A DNA stretch of 64,000 nucleotides from Octopus sinensis (Eukaryota): positions 94,674,001 to 94,738,000 of the forward strand of contig NC_042999.1 in assembly GCF_006345805.1 (NCBI RefSeq), in the 5' to 3' direction. Under the pieces are notes generated by a model that ran no database searches, was not told the DNA's origin, and saw nothing but the letters and a program-made list of their open reading frames with translations. The stretch's first letter is position 1. Every line of letters begins with the position of its first letter. The translations under genes were made by a program, and so were the position numbers. This document shows positions 55,225 to 64,000 of this stretch, in pieces.

Positions 55225-55380
55225 ACGCGTATATGTGTGTGCGTTTGTGTGCGCGTTCCTGAGCCTCGTGGAATTCGAGGTATTTTTGCTCAGTAAACAC
55301 AACGCTCTGTCTGGGAATCGAAACCGCGATCCTACGACCGCGAGTCCGCTGCCCTAACCACTGGGCCTTTGTGCCTCCAC
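55225..55380 (-). mobile_element. tRNA-derived SINE head, third family
   Basis: ggcccagtggttagggcagcggactcgcggtcgtaggatcgcggtttcgattccc; A and B boxes but imperfect cloverleaf. Confidence 0.75.
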
Positions 55381-55409
55381 ACACACTCACACACACACAC
55401 ACACGTATT

Positions 55410-56670
55410 GTCTCTCACTGTTATATATTTATTTTTCCACTGTTTATATATATATTTTTTACTGTTTATATGTTTGTACTGTCGTTACCGTCTTGCTTTT
55501 TTTACCCCTCTGCGAAAAGATCTCACAATTTTAATTGATTTGCTGTTCGCAGGAAGGAAGTTTTCTTCGAAGTATACGTCTCGCTTTTATCCTTCGAAAC
55601 GTTTAGTAGATGAAACCTTAGCGACTGAAGAAGGGGATTTTTCGTTGTGCTTATTGTCCTGTATCTCTTTTTTTGCTTGTCTTGTTCCTTGGTTTGTGTC
55701 TATGTTTTTCGTCTCTCTATGTGTTCGACGTCTTTTTGGTGTCCTGTACACATATATGCGTGTATATGTACATGTAGAGGTAGGTACGTACATATATGTT
55801 TATATATATGCATATGTTCTATTTTATTAACATATTATACGACTAAACGCACGCACCCTATTAAGTAAGATTGTTCTGTTTATCAAGTTAGCCTTGATAT
55901 TAACTCTCACGCGACTCTGCATCTTTCTTTCTTTCTCTCCCATTCCCTTTTTCGTCTTTTTTCCCTCACTTAACTTGTCTGTTCCTCTCTCTCCCCCTCC
56001 TCACCGTTCTTCATGGTCTCCTCGCACCATTCCCCTTCTTCTCTCTCTTCCTCTTGCTTCTCCTCCCCCATTCCCGTCGTCCATCTGCGACGATACTTCC
56101 GTCGTAACTGCTATCCTGTCTTTTCTCGCCCGCCTTCTAAGGCTACTGGTCGACATTCTTTCTCTCTCGTCGTCCACTATAATCCAGCGTTTGCAATACT
56201 TTTTTCGTCTGGCGTTAACAGCCCTTCTTATCTTGTTCTCCTTGTCCTGTCTCTCACTGTTATATATTTATTTTTCCACTGTTTATATATATATTTTTTA
56301 CTGTTTATATGTTTGTACTGTCGTTACCGTCTTGCTTTTTTTACCCCTCTGCGAAAAGATCTCAGAATTTTAATTGATTTGCTTTTCGCAGGAAGGAAGT
56401 TTTCTTCGAAGTATACGTCTCGCTTTTATCCTTCGAAACGTTTAGTAGATGAAACCTTAGCGACTGAAGAAGGGGATTTTTCGTTGTGCTTATTGTCCTG
56501 TATCTCTTTTTTTGCTTGTCTTGTTCCTTGGTTTGTGTCTGTTTTTCGTCTCTCTATGTGTTCGACGTCTTTTTGGTGTCCTGTACACATATATGCGTGT
56601 ATATGTACATGTAGAGGTAGGTACGTACATATATGTTTATATATATGCATATGTTCTATTTTATTAACAT
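55410..56670 (+). mobile_element. Miniature PLE-like element: two ~420 bp direct repeats around a ~420 bp core
   Basis: 55410-55833 matches 56250-56670; core encodes [23 protein letters not shown], resembling the PLE 'F..NGYP / LV..Y.P' linker. Confidence 0.65.
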
Positions 56671-58173
56671 ATATATATATATATATATGTATATACAGAG
56701 ACACACACACTCACAGATATATATATATATATATATGTATATACACAGACACACACACACACCCACAGACATATATATATATATATATAGATATATATAT
56801 ATATATATATATATATAGATATATATATATATAAGAGAGAAGTGGAGAGGAGAAGGGAAAGAGAAGGGAGACTAAGAAGTCAGGGAGACCTACAAAAGAC
56901 ACCGTCTTTGGTTAGAATTCTCAGCTGCATTATATCCAAAGTCACAACACATTCTCTTGCCTATATGTCTAAATATTCAGCGCTTCCGTGTTAGTTTACA
57001 CCTTCTTTCTCTGTTTCTTGATGACTCGCACGATAAATATAATCAGTTGCTGCAGTTTTTGGCTTCAAAGTTGAGAAACTTGTAAATAATTAACGTTATC
57101 CTCCTAGGAAGTTAAATGAAGTTAATTACTTGAATTTCTCTCTTCTGACTTTCATCTAATTAATAATTAATTAAGTATCTAATTAGTTATTATATTATCT
57201 AAGTAGAATTCTAACGTTAGTTGTTTCTGGAGTGATCTAGTAATTAATTTGCGTTATCTACCTAGTATGAAGGGCTATATAGCTACTGCCACAATCTTTC
57301 GGGGGTTTTTTCCGTTTGTAAGAATTATGAATCAACGGAAGGTAAACAAAAACATAAGACATTGAATAAAAATCGCAATGTCATTAGCCACGTAGATGAA
57401 CTGACAAACATGCAATGAGAATTGGAAGTAGGTCGGAAGTAGGTCGGAAGTAGGTCCTGGAAGCTTACAGCAGAGATATTTTGCAATGCTGCTGTTTCTG
57501 CTGTTGCCGATGATGTCAACGATGATGCTGATGCTGTAGTTGTAATTAATATTACTCTAGTAGTGGTAGTAGTAGTAGTAGTAGTAGTAGTAGCAGCAGC
57601 AGCTTCAAGTAGCAAAAGAAGAAGAAGAAGAAGCAGAAAACTGATGAGCGCAAATCTCATAAGGGACCAAATATAACATTATGTTAAACTGGATAAGCCA
57701 TGGCAAAGACGGAGTAAACATGTTTAATTAATAATTTATATACCTTGGACAGTATGTAAACTACCAAACCATGGGCGACGTTTTCTTGTACACTTCCTAG
57801 TATTCTACTATAAATAAATAAAAATATTTTAATATTCCGATTTAATCTGCTTGCTCAGTTGGATCGGAAGCAGAAATGTATTCGACATTATTTTTTGTTG
57901 AAGAGTTTTGAAAAGAATGTCGGCCATAAACATTGAACTCCAGCGATGTTTACCACATGACACATCTGTTCCAATATTCGCTGTTATCACTACTCAGCTG
58001 AATAGCTGAGCTTACTTTAGTTCTCGTCTGCAAATGTATTTTATTTTCTGTAGATCAAGGAAGTTTGCGAATACAGGTAGTTTATCGAGACCCGCTCCGA
58101 CTTTTAGTTCATGCAAATGAAAAATACCGCATTATTTATGGGTTGACCACGCACGCACGCGCGCGCACACACG

Positions 58174-58273
<100 letters not shown>

Positions 58274-58283
58274 ACGTGTTCAT

Positions 58284-58565
58284 ACTAAATCTGATATCGA
58301 TCGTTCACCTTGGCACACTTGGTAAGCAGCATGCTACGATATTAGTTTTCGTCCTGAAAATTAATCAATCGTTTCACTCGAAATTGTTAATGACAGCCGT
58401 TTTCGAAATTCCAGTGTACCCACAATACTTCTTTGACTAAATATCGACAATGGTATTTCTTTAAGGGCATTGGCTTACAAAACTTTAACGGAGCATCAGT
58501 GGCATAACTCACGCAGACGTGGAAAGTGTGCTCCATCACCCACCAAATTGCTATGCATTTTAGCA
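58284..58565. repeat. 282 bp direct duplication, copy 1 (copy 2 at 60285-60566)
   Basis: 4 mismatches seen by eye. Confidence 0.95.
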
Positions 58566-58645
58566 ATATGGTACTTAAGTTAAAGGCACCAGAATTTAGT
58601 ATGGTATTATCCATATAATTGAAAATGGGGGTGATTATAATCAAA

Positions 58646-58811
58646 ATAAGCAACAAGGATATCCAGAGGTAATACAGGACGATCGTTTCATGCGACTCCA
58701 TTTAATTGAACAATGCAATATATATGAGAACAATGTAATGTTTGCAGTGTTCAATTAAATGGAGTCGCATGAAACGATCGTACTACATTACCTCTGGATA
58801 TCCTTGTTGCT

Positions 58812-58814
<3 letters not shown>
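58646..58814. repeat. Fold-back with 73 bp arms containing a hammerhead 3' half (GAAAC GATC GTA)
   Basis: 58646-58718 versus 58742-58814; abuts (TA)n. Confidence 0.9.
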
Positions 58815-58846
<32 letters not shown>

Positions 58847-59354
58847 TATATATATAATATATATATATATATATACAGGGAGAATTACAAAAGACGAAGA
58901 CAGGTGGTGTAGACAACAAACAGAGGTATTAGTTTAACGCTCGGGAAGAATATGCAAGATAGCCCCTAATTAGAGTGCGATCATCAATACTCTGTTTTGG
59001 TTGCATGAAATATATTTTGCGTCCAGATAAATAATCGTGTTTGCATGTGTTTTTTTATGTCACCTGTGTGTGTGCTTATGTGTGTGTGTGTGGGATTGTC
59101 GCTTGTCCCATAATATACGAGTATCGGACAAAAACCTCACAAGTTTATACATACTAAATACTAACATATGTGTGATAATTTGGACTCCTTCTCATACCTT
59201 ATGTTTAATACATAGCATACACATATAGTTTCTAAAACCCTACATACAAACCATACACACAAAAATATTGACTGAAACAGAGAATTGGACAGATATGTAT
59301 GTGCGTGTATTTACATAAACATACATATGAGTCTATACATATTAATAAATTAAA

Positions 59355-59401
<47 letters not shown>

Positions 59402-61913
59402 TGTGTATGTATATATATATATATATATATGCGCATACACGAATATAACATATTAAATACTTAATAGGAATAGAGAAACTGGACAGTCAGGTTTATATTT
59501 CGTTAGTTGCAACAAAGAGGCGTTCGAAAGTAAGCAGAATATTACAAAAGATGTTCACACTGACAATGGTCTTGAGAGACTACTAATTGGTATGGGAATC
59601 AAACACGCTGTATAAAAGAAAGCTTTGTAAGATTCATTTTTAATACAAAATAATATTGATTTATGTCTCCTATGAAAACAACACTTTTGTTATATTCAAA
59701 TACATTTTTTTCTCTTGTAATCTATTTCTTTAGGCGACAATACATATTGGCTTCTTTGTTTATTAAAGGAGAATTAGTCTAGAAATGTGTTAGAGATAAA
59801 AGGATACGTGAATTCTCGGAGGATTCGAACTTCGTAACACACATCACTCTATTTGTTACGTTAAAGACGTAAATAAATGGGCTAATAGTACATAAAGAAT
59901 GCATTCTGCTTCGAAGAACGAATAGTAATAGTAAAATAATGGAATTGTCACTCGACATCATAAACGAATGATGATAGTGAATATTTCCTTTCGCTGTGGT
60001 TGGTTTTGTTGGAGATAAATTTAGAATAATGTGATACTACCAACCACCTGAGATACAGAACACACAGTTTGAGTAGGAAGATGTATCTTGCATACCATAT
60101 ACGTAAAGGTAAAACTCACTCTCGTTTACTTGTCTGGCCTTTGCCTGACGTCCCTTACATCGCTAAATATTTCCCCCAAATCTTTACCACGAACGTCAAC
60201 ATCACAAATACGCAAACGGTTACCACTTTTACATTATCACAATCATTTTGTCATCACTAGAAATTTTAAATTTCAGAATCACTGACTAAATCTGATATCG
60301 ATCGTTCACCTGTGCACACTTGGTAAGCAGCATGCTACGATATTAGTTTTCGTCCTGAAAATTAATCAATCGTTTCACTCGAAATTGTTAATGACAGCCG
60401 TTTTCGAAATTCCAGTGTACCCACAATACTTCTTTGACTAAATATCGACAATGGTATTTCTTTAAGGGCATTGGCTTACAAAACTTTAACGGAGCATCAG
60501 TGGCATAACTCACGCAGACGTGGAAGGTGTGCTCCATCACCCACCAAATTGCAATGCATTTTAGCATAAATAGACTTCTCATATTGAAAAAAATTACACA
60601 GTCTATTTTCTCTATTATACATACACACACACTCACATACACACACACTTATATATGTGTTATTCTTAAACAAGACACTATTTGAAAGTGACTTCGATAT
60701 GTCAGCCAACTAAGCCATAGTCGGCAGTAAATTCATACACTACAAAAGTACATACAGGCATACAGATTAAACCATAGATTAATGCAAATTTGATTTTGTT
60801 ATAAATGAACAGAATAAAACAAATGTGTGTGTGTGAATGGACCCACTAGATTTGGAACAAAAGACCGCGTGTTTTATAGAAGAGAATACATGACAGATGA
60901 GATATTAGTGTCCCAATGAAAAAAAAAACTACTTGATAGTATTGTACGGTAGGAACTGGGTAGTAACTAGTGTTATAATGTACACTTCTACACTACGATG
61001 TTCAATGATGCTATACACAATTATTGTCATCCATTTCCATTTGTTATCAGTCATATCTTACGTTTCACAACTATATTATCCCCTTATCTCTAAGAAATTC
61101 GTTAATATTTGTATCCAGCTTTTGTATTAAAAAGAATCTCTACAAATGCAAATATCCGATGGGAGTTATTCTAATATCTAAGAAGTATAGAAAATTATTT
61201 TATTAGCTAGGTTTCTTCAAATTATATACGTGTATGTGTTTTCTATGTATACGTACACATATAAATACATACATGTATATATAAATATATATATATGTAT
61301 GTGTGTGTATACACAAACACACACACACGCATACACACTTTATATATATATATTTGTAATCTAAATTTAAAGAAACATATTGCATTTCCTCTCTATTGTA
61401 CTATTTTACTTTCTTTTTCTGTATTGTTTACAGTCATTCTAATTCTGTTCCTTCTTTTTTATCCATGATGTGCATCACAAGTCTGTTTCACAACAATAAT
61501 ACACACAAACACACGCACATATGTACAAGTACACTAATGAGCAAAGACGCGTGTATACTTTTATATACAGAGAAATAGAGGAGATAGGTAGATAATACAT
61601 AGATTCGGAGATACAATGCACTGCTGAGATGCGTAGATTGTTAATCATAGTCATATACATTTACACACAGACGCATGCAGTCACGGACTGACAAAAGCAC
61701 AAATGCTCAAATGGCTGACACCACCACACATACGTACACTTGAATGCACATCAAACATCTATGTATCATATATTTATTCATATAAATGAACACACAACAG
61801 TGGTTTGGAATGGAGTTTTGTGAACTACATTATTTCTATAATTTCACATAATAGTGCTTTATATTACCTTTTTGGAAATCTGCCTTCGTTTTACTCCTTT
61901 TCACAAAAAGTAC

Positions 61914-61974
<61 letters not shown>

Positions 61975-62272
61975 ATATGTATTTTATCATTTGTCTTTTA
62001 CTTGTTACAGTCATTAGACTGCAGTCATACTGGGGCACCACCATAAATTTTTCGCCAAATGAATCGATCCCAGTACTTAATATTGCTTAATATTGCTAAA
62101 CCTGGTGCTTATTTCATAGCTGTTTGTCAAATAGCTATGTTATGAGGGCGTAAATACACCAACGCCGGTTGTCAAACTGAGATGGGGGACAGACAGACAA
62201 ATACACACACACTCATATATATAATAGAAATATGTTACAAAAAGAAAATAGAAACTGCACGTGGAAATGTAA

Positions 62273-62655
62273 GGGAAAAGTAAGAAGAAAAATAAGCGAA
62301 AATGCACATTGGAAATCAAAAATGTAAAAGCTTTTTATGAAAAGTAAAGATAGATATATACGATTAGATGAACTGAGGTAGGAATAAAAGTAATAAAAGT
62401 CATATTTGTGAATTTTTAAAGAGATTCAAAAGCATACCGGTTTCGTAAAATTACTATTCATTGCTTTCAATGCACACCGATTACTGAATGGTGTCCGGTC
62501 TACTAGTCCCTGAGTAAAAAGGTTATGACTTCTATTATTTTTATTCCCACCTCAGTTCATGTAAATGTATATATGTATCATTACTTTTCATGAAAATCCT
62601 TTAGTCTTTTTGATTTCCAATGTGCATTTTCGCTTATTTTTCTTCTTACTTTACC
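62273..62655. repeat. Fold-back with ~133 bp arms and a degenerate minus-strand hammerhead in the spacer (62429-62467)
   Basis: 62273-62405 versus 62523-62655; aaagca ATGAATA gta attt tac GAAAC CG GTA tgcttt. Confidence 0.8.
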
Positions 62656-62672
62656 CCCCCCCATATATATAT

Positions 62673-63440
62673 CGGAGTAATGGCGCTAAGCAGTGTTTAA
62701 GTATAATAATCAAAATTTAGGTTAGTCGAAATATGTTTGTCACATAATTCAACTGCTAACGGCAAATACGCTGCAGTGACCCTGGAGAAAAAAGTCTCTC
62801 TTATGGTGAAAAGATGTGAAAATACCCGGTTCGCTCAGTGTCGCCCTCTCCCAGGAATCTCAGACATCGATGTTTCGAGTTTATTGACTCTTGTCGATGA
62901 GATGTACCTAGGGGAGGCAACACTGATTGGACTGAATAAAGCTTATAGCTTTATATATAATTCAGCCAACACATTGACTGACTTGCGCTAGTAGATCGCC
63001 CGATCGAGAAAAATATCAGAATAATGGAGCTAAGCAGTGTTTACGCAAATCACAATTTAGGTTAGTTGAAATATTTTCATTCAGAGTTGCCTCCCATCGA
63101 CAAGACTCTATAAACACGAAGCATTGAGATCTGAAATTCCTGAGAGAGGATGGCACTGAGCGAACTGAGTGTTTTCACATCTTTTTACCATAACTGAGAT
63201 TATTTTCTCCCACGGTAACTGCGTTGTATTTGCCTTTAGAATTTGAAATATGGGACAAGCATATTTCAACTAACCTAAAGTGTGATTATACGTAAACAAT
63301 GCTTAGCACCTTTACTCCTATATTTTCCCGATAGCGCAAATCAGTCAATGTGTTGGCTGAGTTATATAAAAATCTGTGCTTTAATTAATTCGTTCAGAGT
63401 TGCCTCTCTTCGGTATATCTCATCGACAAGTGTCAATAAA
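62673..63440. repeat. ~345 bp tandem unit with an internal strand switch near 63076
   Basis: 62673-63015 then a partial repeat 63016-63076; 63077-63440 is the diverged reverse complement of the same unit. Confidence 0.8.
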
Positions 63441-63444
63441 ATTA

Positions 63445-63615
63445 GAGACAAATAAAAGACGAAGACAGGTGTATAAACAACAAGAAGGTATATTAGTTTG
63501 ACGTTCGGGAAGGTGAGAAAGTCTTTTACGTTTCGAGCGTACTCTCTTCAACAGAAAGGAAGACGATGAAATAAACCGAGAGAGAATTAAAAAAAATTGT
63601 AGAGTTTCTAAATAA
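63445..63615 (-). mobile_element. Short element with a minimal hammerhead-like motif (63523-63558)
   Basis: cttt CTGTTGA a gag agtacg ctc GAAACGTA aaag. Confidence 0.6.
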
Positions 63616-63732
63616 TTAACGTATAAAATTATTTAACATACATAGAGTTGAAATTCCTTTTTGAAACTGAACCGTTGTTATAAAACAAGTTCTTTCACAT
63701 GTATAATCGTGTGCATGCATGTATATATATAT

Positions 63733-63779
<47 letters not shown>

Positions 63780-63829
63780 TGCGTGCCCGTGTGTATATAT
63801 TATATATATAGGGCGGGTAAAATTCCTGA

Positions 63830-64000
63830 GATCCACGGGCAATTTGTCTGCAACAGTCTTTCTCCCTCATCATCGCTAGCATGTCTTATGTCTCCCAGAG
63901 ACTAGTATCTGTTCTTAGGGCATCAACACATGTCATCCCTGGTCTTCCTCTTCTAGTGTGCCCTTGAAATCCAGAATTATTGCCAATTACTGTGATTGTG
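63830..64000 (-). mobile_element. RTE LINE 3' end
   Basis: GFQGHTRRGRPGMTCVDALRTDT..LAMMREKDCCR matches the RTE ORF C-terminus. Confidence 0.75.

Noticed and set aside
55295-55380. Functional tRNA gene (also 27155-27230)
   Set aside because: Imperfect acceptor and anticodon stems, continuing into SINE body sequence
56013-56834. 273 aa ORF as a membrane protein
   Set aside because: Runs through a pyrimidine-rich repeat unit and microsatellite; only a short PLE-like peptide is meaningful
57424-57456. (ggaagtaggtc)x3 as an ETS-site cluster
   Set aside because: Short slippage repeat with no associated gene or promoter evidence
60490-60545. C/D snoRNA or HDV-like ribozyme (minus strand GTGATGG...CTGA, TCCACGT)
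   Set aside because: Box C is imperfect with no properly placed terminal stem, and P3 does not pair around the putative L3

Overview
AT-rich, microsatellite-saturated animal genomic DNA. The SINE, LINE and (TA)n landscape resembles a coleoid cephalopod, most likely Octopus (inferred from repeat families I recognise, not from a search). I can support no intact host gene; most ORFs in the track are microsatellite read-through or transposon remnants. Mobile elements include: (1) a near full-length ~5.9 kb APE-RT LINE (30231-36114) whose ORF1 carries a Myb/SANT trihelix-like domain plus a CCCH finger, behind a ~21-unit tandem array, with truncated relatives elsewhere; (2) R4/Dong-type, CR1 and RTE LINE fragments; (3) a full-length decayed mariner, MITEs and tandem Helitron-like elements; (4) several tRNA-derived SINEs; (5) many Penelope-like (PLE) remnants. 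Associated with the PLE-type repeats are about eight minimal hammerhead ribozyme motifs, one with an essentially intact core (44089-44168), and at least seven fold-back inverted repeats, most embedded in (TA)n. The main SINE shares a structured 3' tail with the large LINE. A second SINE appears twice as a dimer with an identical junction, which suggests SINE-into-SINE targeting. Between the repeats lie stop-riddled + strand exon-like segments resembling C-type lectin, sushi and DM9-like modules (low confidence). All calls are by eye and boundaries are approximate.
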